Both the position numbers and the translations under genes were made by a program. This document shows positions 54,644 to 63,051 of a stretch of DNA of 64,000 bases, in pieces. How positions within the stretch are numbered: the first letter of the stretch is position 1; the number at the start of each line of letters is the position of its first letter. The stretch is from the NCBI GenBank assembly GCA_965279705.1, contig OZ257257.1, positions 2,715,113 through 2,779,112 on the forward strand. The letters run 5' to 3'. The notes under the pieces are model-generated. The model made no database searches. It was given only the letters and a program-made list of their open reading frames with translations, and was not told the DNA's origin. Source of the DNA: Stagnimonas sp. (lineage in GTDB: Bacteria; Pseudomonadota; Gammaproteobacteria; Nevskiales; Nevskiaceae).

Positions 54644-56428
54644 ATGAAACTCAAACAGCTGCTGCCCGCGCTGGCCGTCGGCATTGCCATCGGCGTGCTG
54701 GTTTTTCTGGTGAAGATGACCCAGACCGTGGATGGCCGACTGCACGAAAAACGCCTCGCCAACCTTCGCACGGTGAACAACCTCGATGTCGATCTCAACC
54801 GCGGCTTCACGCAGACCCGCGCCAGTTCGCTGAGCGACGCGGCCGGCGACCGCGCCAAGATCAGCAAGGACATCGGTGCCGCGCTCGACCAGCTGGACAA
54901 GGGCGAGCAGTCGCTGCACGGCCTGAGCGCCGAGCTGGATCAGGCGCTGGATCGCCTGCTGACCACCATCGACGACAAGTTTGGCCTGGGTTTCGACTTC
55001 GAGATTCGCAACACCCAGTTCACCCAGCGGCTGGTGACCAGTATGGATGCCGTGCCCGTACACGCCAACACGCTGATGACCCTGGTGCCGCCCGAACAAC
55101 AGGCCGCCACCGGGCTGCTGGTGACACAGCTAAAAGCCGAGATCGTCGCGCACGGCGTTTCGCCCTCGCCTGGCAATGCCGAGGCGATCAAGCTGCTGCT
55201 GACCCAGCTGGATGCCACCGCCGAGGGCCAGAGCGATGCCTATCTGCAGGCCCTAGCCGCCCTGAAAACCAGCTCGGAGGAAGTGCTGACCGACAAGAAC
55301 GAACTGGTCAGCCGACTGAACAAGTTTCTCGACGAACCCACGGGCGAACAGCTGCAACTCGTCGAGCAGGCCTACACGCGCTGGTATCAGGCGCAGGCCG
55401 CCATCGCCAATCAATATCGGCTCTATCTGGCCGCCTTCTCGGCCTTCCTGCTGCTGGTGCTGGGCTGGCTGGGGCTGCGCCTGCGTTTGAGCCATGCCGA
55501 ACTGGACCGCGCCAACGCCGGGCTGGAAGATCAGGTACAGACCCGCACCAAGGACTTGCAAGGCGCGCTGCTCGATTTGCGCGAATCGCAGGCGCAGCTG
55601 GTGCAATCCGAAAAAATGGCCTCGCTCGGCCAGATGGTCGCGGGCGTGGCACACGAGATCAACACGCCGCTGGGCTATGCGCGCAGCAATGCCGAAATCG
55701 TGCGTAACGCCCTGCCCGACATCCGCAGCCTTTGTTTGGCGCAGAACAAGGCACTGAGCCTGCTCGATGCCGCCAACGCCAGCGACGAAGAGGTGGCCGC
55801 GGCACTTGGTGCCGCATCCGAACAGCGCCAGAACACCAACGCCACCGAGATACTGGACGATCTCGAAACCCTGTTGCAGGACGCCGACCACGGGCTGGAG
55901 CAGATCACCGACCTAGTGGCCAGCCTCAAGGATTTCTCGCGCGTCGATCGTTCGCGCACTGATCTCTTCGACCTCAATGCCGGCATCGAGTCGGCGCTGA
56001 AAATCTGCAACAGCCAGCTCAAGGGTCGGGTCGAGGTGGAGCGCGTGTTTGGCGTGCTGCCAGAAATCGAATGCTCGCCCTCGCAGATCAACCAGGTCTT
56101 TCTCAACCTGTTCAACAATGCGGCACACGCGATCACCGGCGAGGGCCTCATCACCATCGCCACCAGCGCCGATGCACAGGGCGTGACGGTGCGGGTGCGC
56201 GACACCGGCAGCGGCATGAGCGAGGACGTGCGGCAGCGCATCTTCGAGCCGTTCTTCACCACTAAATCGGTCGGCCAGGGCACGGGCCTGGGGCTCTCCA
56301 TCGTGTTTCGCATCATCGAGGATCACGGCGGCCGCATCTCGGTGAAGTCGGAGCCGGGCGAAGGCAGCGAATTCATCATCCATCTGCCGCTGAAACAGGC
56401 GCCGCACGAAACCCTGCTGGCGGCCTGA
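54644..56428 (+). CDS. Sensor histidine kinase with large helical periplasmic domain
   Basis: 594 aa. Two TM helices flank about 260 aa. H-box 'GVAHEINTPLGY', N-box 'LNLFNNAAHA' and G-boxes 'RDTGSGM' and 'GQGTGLGLS'. Confidence 0.9.
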   Translation: MKLKQLLPALAVGIAIGVLVFLVKMTQTVDGRLHEKRLANLRTVNNLDVDLNRGFTQTRASSLSDAAGDRAKISKDIGAALDQLDKGEQSLHGLSAELDQALDRLLTTIDDKFGLGFDFEIRNTQFTQRLVTSMDAVPVHANTLMTLVPPEQQAATGLLVTQLKAEIVAHGVSPSPGNAEAIKLLLTQLDATAEGQSDAYLQALAALKTSSEEVLTDKNELVSRLNKFLDEPTGEQLQLVEQAYTRWYQAQAAIANQYRLYLAAFSAFLLLVLGWLGLRLRLSHAELDRANAGLEDQVQTRTKDLQGALLDLRESQAQLVQSEKMASLGQMVAGVAHEINTPLGYARSNAEIVRNALPDIRSLCLAQNKALSLLDAANASDEEVAAALGAASEQRQNTNATEILDDLETLLQDADHGLEQITDLVASLKDFSRVDRSRTDLFDLNAGIESALKICNSQLKGRVEVERVFGVLPEIECSPSQINQVFLNLFNNAAHAITGEGLITIATSADAQGVTVRVRDTGSGMSEDVRQRIFEPFFTTKSVGQGTGLGLSIVFRIIEDHGGRISVKSEPGEGSEFIIHLPLKQAPHETLLAA

Positions 56429-56441
56429 CGGAGACCACCCG

Positions 56442-57389
56442 ATGAATATCACCCCCGCAAAACCCCGCGTGCTGTTCGTGGACGATGAGCCGCGCGTGCT
56501 CACCACCATGCGCATGCTGTTCCGCAACCAGTACGAGCTGTTCTTCGCCGAGGGCGGCCAGCAGGCGCTCGATCTGCTCAGGACCACCTCGGTGGATGTG
56601 ATCGTCAGCGACCAGCGCATGCCGAACATGACCGGCATCGAGATGCTGCGCACCGCACGCGAACTCAACCCGCATGCAATGCGCATCCTGCTCACCGGCT
56701 ATTCCGATCTCAATGCCATCATCGGCTCGGTGAACGACGGCGAAATCTTCCGCTTCGTCAATAAGCCCTGGTCGAACGAGGTGCTCAGCAGCACCGTCGC
56801 CAATGCCGCCGTCGCCGCCCGCGCCAGTGCCGCCGTGGCGCTGTTGCCGCCGTCGGCAATGACGACCCACGCCGACACCACCGCGCCCGGCGTGCTGGTG
56901 CTGGATGACGATGCGCAGATGCCCGCCAAGATTCAGCTGATCCTCGGCAATGGCTACCGCGTGTTCGGGGCCACCAGCATGGACGAGGCGGTGACCCAGC
57001 TGGAGCAGGAGCGCATCGGTGTGGTGATCTCCGACACCCGCGTACAGAACCACCCGGTGGTGAGCCTGATCGGCACGCTCAAGCAGCATCACCCGGAGCT
57101 GGTGTCGGTGATTCTCACCGCGCGTGCGGATGCCGGGGCCGCTATCGACCTCATCAACCAGGGCCAGATCTACCGCTTGATCACCAAGCCCATTCAGGAC
57201 GTGGCCTGCCGCATCACCGTCAACTCCGCACACAAGCAGCACCAGCGCCTCGCGCAGAACCAGCTGCTGCACCAGCGCTACGAGGTGGAGAAGCCAGTCG
57301 CGTCTGCGCCCGGTGCCACGCCGCTGCCGACGCTGAAGCTGATGGATCGCATCCGCTCCTTGCGCAACTGGGTGACGGGCCGCGCTTAG
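56442..57389 (+). CDS. Response regulator with two receiver domains and no output domain
   Basis: 315 aa. REC1 has 'VLFVDDE...VIVSDQRMP...LLTGYSD...NKPW'. REC2 has 'VLVLDDD...VVISDTRV...ILTARAD...TKPI'. Confidence 0.85.
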   Translation: MNITPAKPRVLFVDDEPRVLTTMRMLFRNQYELFFAEGGQQALDLLRTTSVDVIVSDQRMPNMTGIEMLRTARELNPHAMRILLTGYSDLNAIIGSVNDGEIFRFVNKPWSNEVLSSTVANAAVAARASAAVALLPPSAMTTHADTTAPGVLVLDDDAQMPAKIQLILGNGYRVFGATSMDEAVTQLEQERIGVVISDTRVQNHPVVSLIGTLKQHHPELVSVILTARADAGAAIDLINQGQIYRLITKPIQDVACRITVNSAHKQHQRLAQNQLLHQRYEVEKPVASAPGATPLPTLKLMDRIRSLRNWVTGRA

Positions 57390-57452
57390 CTGTCGTTGCA
57401 GAGGGAGCATTTGCCATCCCTGGCGCGACCTCCTCCTCTTTTTCCACCCACG

Positions 57453-57519
57453 CGTCGGGCATCCCTGCCCGACGGAGCAGCCACGGCGAGCAGTGCTCGC
57501 CTACAGCCGTGGCTGCTCC
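57453..57519. repeat. REP-like double-hairpin element, copy B
   Basis: Hairpin 1 is CGTCGGGCA-TCCC-TGCCCGACG. Hairpin 2 is GGAGCAGCCACGGC-GAGCA-G-TGCTC-GCCTACA-GCCGTGGCTGCTCC. It lies between the response regulator and the DUF1214-like gene. Confidence 0.7.
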
Positions 57520-57588
57520 TACACCAAACAGGTGAAGGCGCATCCGCCACGGCGCACTAAGGTGCAGGCTTAGTGCAAGGAGAACGCC

Positions 57589-58707
57589 ATGGCGCTCGAT
57601 CAAGAAGCGCGGAACGCTGTGATATCGGGCGAAGCCTGGGATGCCTTTTGTGATGCGCTGAAGCGCGCCGGCCAGCAGGTGCTGCGGCCCGAGGCCCCGG
57701 CTGATGAGCTGACGCGTGCCGAAGGCTATCGCTATCTCACACGGCTGCTGCGCATTGGGCTGGAGATGCACCTGGAGTTCGCCGATCCGGACTTCCCCGG
57801 CTTCTTTCTGCCCAGTCACGAGACCGGCAAGATCGGCGCCGACAACCCGGACAACCTCTACTACTTCGCCAAGATCAACGGCGCCAACGAGTACGTGATT
57901 CGCGGCACGCGCGGCACGGTGAGCTACCTCACCATCGGCACGCAGAAGGGCGGCTACGAAACCGACGGCAAGATGGAGCAGACCGGCTTTATCGACGCGC
58001 AGAGCTTGCAACTGGATGCCGAGGGCCGCTTCGAGATCACGCTGAGTGCTGCGCAGAAGCCGGGCAACTGGTTGCGCGTGGAACCGGCGAGCAACGCCGT
58101 GATCGTTCGCCAGACCTTTCTCGACCGCAAGGTGGAGCGCGCAGCACAGCTGAAGATCGAGCGCGTCGGCAGCGGTGCCACGCCCGCGCCATTGACGGCG
58201 CTTCGCCTGAGCAACGGCCTCAACAACGCGGCGCGCTTCGTCGAAGGCACGGCCACTTTGTTCGCCAATTGGTCGCAGAGCTATCTCAAGCACCCCAACG
58301 CGCTGCCTCCCGCCGATCAGCTACTGTGCCAGCGCGTCGGTGGCGACCCGAACATCTTCTACTACCACTCGTACTGGCAGCTCGCCGATGACGAGGTGCT
58401 GGTGGTGCATGTGCCGCGCATCCCGCAATGCCGGTTCTGGAACCTGCAACTCAACAACTGGTGGATGGAATCGCTCGACTACCGCTTTCACCGCATCCAT
58501 CTCAACCAGCATTCGGCACAACTCGATGCCGATGGCGGCGTGACGATGGTGCTGGCGGCGAGCAATCCAGGCCACGCCAACTGGCTCGATACCGCAGGCC
58601 ACACGGAGGGCACCTGGTGCTTCCGCTGGGTGGGTGCCACCGAGCACGTCCACCCGACCACGCGCGTCGTGAAGTGCACTCAATTCATTCAGGGACTTCA
58701 AGCATGA
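57589..58707 (+). CDS. Conserved hypothetical protein, DUF1214-like
   Basis: 372 aa. 'AEGYRYLTRLL', 'GADNPDNLYY', 'GNWLRVEPASNAVIVRQTF' and a second 'ANWLDTAGHTEGTWCFRW' resemble DUF1214 repeats. SD AAGGAGA. Confidence 0.45.
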   Translation: MALDQEARNAVISGEAWDAFCDALKRAGQQVLRPEAPADELTRAEGYRYLTRLLRIGLEMHLEFADPDFPGFFLPSHETGKIGADNPDNLYYFAKINGANEYVIRGTRGTVSYLTIGTQKGGYETDGKMEQTGFIDAQSLQLDAEGRFEITLSAAQKPGNWLRVEPASNAVIVRQTFLDRKVERAAQLKIERVGSGATPAPLTALRLSNGLNNAARFVEGTATLFANWSQSYLKHPNALPPADQLLCQRVGGDPNIFYYHSYWQLADDEVLVVHVPRIPQCRFWNLQLNNWWMESLDYRFHRIHLNQHSAQLDADGGVTMVLAASNPGHANWLDTAGHTEGTWCFRWVGATEHVHPTTRVVKCTQFIQGLQA

Positions 58708-59870
58708 GCATCACCTTCGATCCCGCAGCACTCGAAGCAGCCGCCATCACGCAATCAGGCGGCCTGAAAAACTTCGGTGATGCCAGCTACCGCATCGCGC
58801 TGGAAAAACTCTGCGCCTCGCTGGAAGCCGAGGCCAAGCTCTCAGACTTCGGCCGCCAGCTTTTGCACCACAAATTCGTCGAGATGCTGGTGAACCGCCT
58901 GCGTATGGAGGAGTTCTTTCGCCTGCATCCCGAGATCAACGACGAAGTGCTGGCAGCACCTGTATTGATCGTCGGCCTGCCGCGTACCGGCACCACGCTG
59001 TTGCAGCGGGTGCTGGCCTGCGACCCCAGCTTCTACTCCATGCCCTGGTGGGAATCGCGCTACCCGGTCCCCTTCCCCGGCGAAGATTTGAAAGCCCCGA
59101 TAGAGCGCATCGAGCGAGCGCGCGGCGAGGTCAAGGTGATGGTCGAGGCCATGCCCAAACTCATGGCGATTCATCCCATGAATGCCGACGAGGCGGACGA
59201 AGAAGGCATGCTCACCGAGCACTCCTTCCGCGCCTCGTTCAACGCTTATGCAAACGTGCCGAGCTACATGGAGTGGCTGCACTCGACCGATGAGACGCCG
59301 ACCTATGAGTTCCTCAAGCGCGGTCTGAAGTTTCTGCAATGGCAGAAGCGCCAGCGCGGCATCGTCGCCAACCGCTGGGTTCTGAAAGCGCCGCACCATC
59401 TGCTGCGGATGGAGCTGGTGCTCAAGATGTTCCCCGGCATTCAGGTCATCCAGACCCACCGCGATCCGGTCGATACCATTCCCTCCATCGCCAGCTTCAT
59501 CGATACGCTGTGGCACATCTACAGCGGCGCCGTGGACTCTAAGGCCGTCGGCCAGGAATGGAGTGCCTTGATGGCGCGCGCCTTCCGTCATGCCCTGAAG
59601 GCGCGCGAAAAAAGTCCGCAGTCGTTCATGGATGTGCGTTTCATCGACACAGTGAAGAAACCGCTCGAAGTGGTACGTGCGATCTACGCCTTTGCCGGCC
59701 GCACGCTGACGCCCGAGGCGGAAGCGCGCATGACGCACTGGATCGAAGACAACCGCCGCGAGAGCCGTGCCTCGCACGACTATCAACCCGAACAATTTGG
59801 CTTGAGCGAAGCGCAGCTCAAGCAGGACTTCGCTGATTACCGCAGCAAATACATCGAAACCTCGATATAG
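58704..59870 (+). CDS. Sulfotransferase family protein (PAPS-dependent)
   Basis: 388 aa from ATG 58704 (ATGA overlap). 5'-phosphosulfate loop 'GLPRTGTTLL' and 3'-phosphate motif 'THRDPVDTIPS'. Confidence 0.75.
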   Translation: MSITFDPAALEAAAITQSGGLKNFGDASYRIALEKLCASLEAEAKLSDFGRQLLHHKFVEMLVNRLRMEEFFRLHPEINDEVLAAPVLIVGLPRTGTTLLQRVLACDPSFYSMPWWESRYPVPFPGEDLKAPIERIERARGEVKVMVEAMPKLMAIHPMNADEADEEGMLTEHSFRASFNAYANVPSYMEWLHSTDETPTYEFLKRGLKFLQWQKRQRGIVANRWVLKAPHHLLRMELVLKMFPGIQVIQTHRDPVDTIPSIASFIDTLWHIYSGAVDSKAVGQEWSALMARAFRHALKAREKSPQSFMDVRFIDTVKKPLEVVRAIYAFAGRTLTPEAEARMTHWIEDNRRESRASHDYQPEQFGLSEAQLKQDFADYRSKYIETSI

Positions 59871-59929
59871 CGCGATACCTCTTCGCTCCTTGCGCGAGAG
59901 AGAACAAGAACAGTCCACGGAGAAAGAAC

Positions 59930-60721
59930 ATGCTGCTAAAAAACAAGATCGTCGTCGTATCCGGCATCGGCCCCGGCCTGGGCGTGAAGCTGGCGATTGA
60001 AGCCGCGCGTGAAGGCGCCACCGGTATCGTCGCAGCCGCCCGCAGTGCTGCAAAACTCGATGACGCCGAGCAGCGCGTGAAAGCCATCAACCCCGACTGC
60101 AAGGTGCTGAAAGTCGTCACCGACATCACCGACCGTGCCTCCTGCGAGGCGATGGCCGCTGCTGCCGTCAAAGCCTTCGGCCGCATCGACGCACTGGTCA
60201 ACAGCGCCTTCATCCACGGCGAAATGGACTACGCCTCCACCGCCGAACTCGACGGCTGGATGAGCGTGATGAATACCAACCTCATCGGCACACTGAAGAT
60301 GACGCAGGCCGTCATCCCGCAGATGAAGGCGCAGAAGAGCGGCGCGATCGTGATGGTCAACACCATGGCGGTGCGCACCATCCCCTCGCTCGGCGAAGCC
60401 GGCTATGCGGCCTCGAAAGCCGCGCTCGGTAACAGCGCCAAGTGGCTCGCCAAAGAGCTTGGCCCCAGCGGCATCCGCGTCAACACCATCCACATGGGCT
60501 GGATGTGGGGCGCGCCGGTACAGGGCTACATGGAGTGGCAGGCGAATGAATTGAAGATGCCGCTCGAACAGCTCAAGGGCACAGTGGAAGCCAGCATTCC
60601 GCTCGGCCGCATGCCCACCGACGACGAGTGCGCGCGTGCTGCGCTGTTCCTCGTTTCGGACTACGCGAGCGCCGTCACTGGCGCGGCACTCGATGCCAAC
60701 GGCGGCATGTACATGCCCTGA
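59930..60721 (+). CDS. SDR family oxidoreductase
   Basis: 263 aa. 'VVVSGIGPGLG', 'YAASKAAL' and 'ALDANGG'. SD GGAGAAAG. Confidence 0.85.
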   Translation: MLLKNKIVVVSGIGPGLGVKLAIEAAREGATGIVAAARSAAKLDDAEQRVKAINPDCKVLKVVTDITDRASCEAMAAAAVKAFGRIDALVNSAFIHGEMDYASTAELDGWMSVMNTNLIGTLKMTQAVIPQMKAQKSGAIVMVNTMAVRTIPSLGEAGYAASKAALGNSAKWLAKELGPSGIRVNTIHMGWMWGAPVQGYMEWQANELKMPLEQLKGTVEASIPLGRMPTDDECARAALFLVSDYASAVTGAALDANGGMYMP

Positions 60722-60730
60722 GGGCGCGCC

Positions 60731-61435
60731 ATGGAAAAAGTCATCTATGTGGTGTGGCGCGACGCGGCTGTGGGCATCGATGCCTTCGGCCAGCAGTTGC
60801 GCGAAGTGCTGGCACCAAAGCTGAAAGCACTCGGCGTGAGGAGCCTGCGCATCAATGTCGCGGACTTCCAAGTCGCCGCCGCAACAGCCATCTGGCAGAA
60901 GCACAGCAACCCGCCGGTGGAAGCCATCGTGCAGGTCTGGCTGGACAGCGCCATCACGCTGCGGCGTGCGCCGGTGGATGCTGCCGTTGCCTCGGTGAGT
61001 GCGCGGCATGCGGCCTATCTCGTCACCGAGTCGGTGCCTATCCTCAACACGCTGCATCCGGCACGCCATGGTCAGCGCACCGAAGGCTTCGCGCAGATCG
61101 CCTTGTTCCCGCATCATGCCAGCCTGACGCACGAGCAGTTCTTGCAGGTGTGGCAGGAGTCGCACACCACGGTCGCGATCGAAACGCAGGCCAACTTCGA
61201 ATACGTGCAGAACCGCGTGGTGCGCGCGCTCACACCCGGCGCGCCAGAGATTCACGCGATCATCGAAGAAGGTTTCCCGGCGGCCGCGATGACCGATCCG
61301 TATGCCTTCTTCGATGCGGTAGGCGATCAGGCGAAGTTCGACAGGAATCTGAAATCGATGATGGACAGTGTCGGCCGCTTCATCGACATGGGTCGCATCG
61401 ATGTGGCGCCGACCAGCCAGTACCCGATGTTCTAG
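60731..61435 (+). CDS. Hypothetical protein, tandem EthD-like (dimeric alpha/beta-barrel) domains
   Basis: 234 aa. Each half starts with a beta-strand plus helix pattern ('KVIYVVWRD...FGQQL' and 'FAQIALFPHHASLTHEQFLQVWQESH') reminiscent of EthD. Low-certainty call. Confidence 0.4.
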   Translation: MEKVIYVVWRDAAVGIDAFGQQLREVLAPKLKALGVRSLRINVADFQVAAATAIWQKHSNPPVEAIVQVWLDSAITLRRAPVDAAVASVSARHAAYLVTESVPILNTLHPARHGQRTEGFAQIALFPHHASLTHEQFLQVWQESHTTVAIETQANFEYVQNRVVRALTPGAPEIHAIIEEGFPAAAMTDPYAFFDAVGDQAKFDRNLKSMMDSVGRFIDMGRIDVAPTSQYPMF

Positions 61436-61521
61436 TGCAGATTTATCTTCGTATCGCGAAGCAGTCAGCGCGATTCACCCCGGTGAGTGCCTCACGCGTG
61501 CAGCCCGAGCTGCCGTGCTGC

Positions 61522-61923
61522 TTACGGGGGCAAAGTTTCAAAAGCGGGGACGTCTGCCAAATCATGATCCCAAAGCGCTTTGCTTGCTAAAAAAATATGC
61601 GCATCGGGCTTGTTCGCAGGATCCGTATCAAGACAGCCCGCCGGCACGACAATCATCTTTTCGGCGACATGCGGCATTGCCGAGCCGCAGATCGAGCAAA
61701 AACACCGGGTGTGTCGCGTTTGGGGGAGGTTGTAAGTACTTAGCTTCTCTTGCCCGGAAATCCATTCGACGTTCGCCGTCGAAGAGAAAAGATTGGCCGC
61801 GTGAGCCGAGCCGGTATCTTTTCGGCAATGCGCGCAGTGGCAGAGAAAGAAGCGGTCGAAATTGCCTTCAAGCTTGAAGCGAATTTCGCCACACAGGCAC
61901 GAGCCCAGATGCTGCTGATCCAT
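61522..61923 (-). CDS. GFA (glutathione-dependent formaldehyde-activating / CENP-V) family protein
   Basis: 133 aa. Zinc-binding Cys clusters 'CLCGEIRF', 'CHCAHCRK' and 'CFCSICGS'. Confidence 0.8.
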   Translation of the reverse strand: MDQQHLGSCLCGEIRFKLEGNFDRFFLCHCAHCRKDTGSAHAANLFSSTANVEWISGQEKLSTYNLPQTRHTRCFCSICGSAMPHVAEKMIVVPAGCLDTDPANKPDAHIFLASKALWDHDLADVPAFETLPP

Positions 61924-62017
61924 GTCTATCCTTGATCGCGCGGCGTTGTTAGAGGCAGGTCCAATGGGCGGAATGATTGATGCCCATCGTTGCCAAGGTG
62001 AGGCGGGTGAAGTCCCT

Positions 62018-63037
62018 CTAAGCCGTCCAGCCCGATCCCGGAATCTTGCCCGCGCTCAAGCTCGGGTCGTCCCACAGCACGGACGCATCGGGGTCGACCA
62101 CGCCGAGGAATCGCTTGAGCAGCGATTTCAGGATCGCACCGTCTTCGGCCCCCATGCGTTCGAGAATCTCCAGCTCCACCGCCTTGGCGGCGGCGATCAA
62201 GCGCAGGGCGGTGTCACGGCCCTGTTCGGTGAGACGGTATTCGTCGGCCAGAGTTTCGGCAGCCATTGCGAGCTGCACCACCAGACCGCGCTCCGTGAGC
62301 GCCTGCAGCGTGGTTGCACTGGGGCGGTTCAGCACGGCAGCCATTGCCGCATCGAGCACGGCGGCAGTCATCACCGGCTTGAGCGTGAGTGTGCAGAGCA
62401 GATAGAACTCGTCGTCGTTCAAGCCCTCGCTGGCGAGCAGCGTGCGGATCTGGCCGAACAGCTGAAAGTGGCTACGGCCCAGCAGATAGCCCAGAAAGCC
62501 TTCGTTGAAGCTGCCGGAGAGAAAGGCATCGCGCGGCTTGTCATTGAGCGCTTCGCGCCGGGTGGCATGAGCGTATTTGCCACCGTGAAACAGCAGCGGT
62601 GCGGATTCGCTGCGATCGAAATCCATCACTTCGCCGACGAAGATCACATGGTCGCCGCCCTCGTACTGGAAGGCGTTGCGGCACTGAAAGCGCGCGGTGC
62701 AACCCTTGAGCAAGGGTACGCCGCCGATACCGGTTTCGAAGTCCAGACCGGCAAACTTGTCCAGCCCGCGCCGGGCGAAACGGCCTGACAGCTCTTCTTG
62801 ATCGGTCGCCAGTACATGCACGGCCCAATGCGGCGACTCGCGGAAAATCGGCAAGCTGAGCGCGGTTTCGGCAAGGCTCCACAGCACCATCGGCGGATTG
62901 AGCGAGACCGAGTTGAAGCTGTTGGCGGTCAGGCCCACGAGAGTGCCGTCGGCAGCCTTGGTGGTGATGATGGTGACGCCGGTTGCAAACGCGCCGAGGG
63001 CCTTGCGGAACTCGGCAGCATCAAAGGCAGTACTCAT
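62018..63037 (-). CDS. Flavin reductase domain fused to a MarR-like winged-helix domain
   Basis: 339 aa. N-terminal 'FRKALGAFATGVTIITTKAADGTLVGLTANSFNSVSLNPPMVLW' is the flavin reductase signature. The C-terminal 170 aa have a MarR-like pattern ('LLCTLTLKPVMTAAVLDAA...LQALTERGLVV...YRLTEQG'). Confidence 0.65.
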   Translation of the reverse strand: MSTAFDAAEFRKALGAFATGVTIITTKAADGTLVGLTANSFNSVSLNPPMVLWSLAETALSLPIFRESPHWAVHVLATDQEELSGRFARRGLDKFAGLDFETGIGGVPLLKGCTARFQCRNAFQYEGGDHVIFVGEVMDFDRSESAPLLFHGGKYAHATRREALNDKPRDAFLSGSFNEGFLGYLLGRSHFQLFGQIRTLLASEGLNDDEFYLLCTLTLKPVMTAAVLDAAMAAVLNRPSATTLQALTERGLVVQLAMAAETLADEYRLTEQGRDTALRLIAAAKAVELEILERMGAEDGAILKSLLKRFLGVVDPDASVLWDDPSLSAGKIPGSGWTA

Positions 63038-63051
63038 GAGGGCGATTGGAT

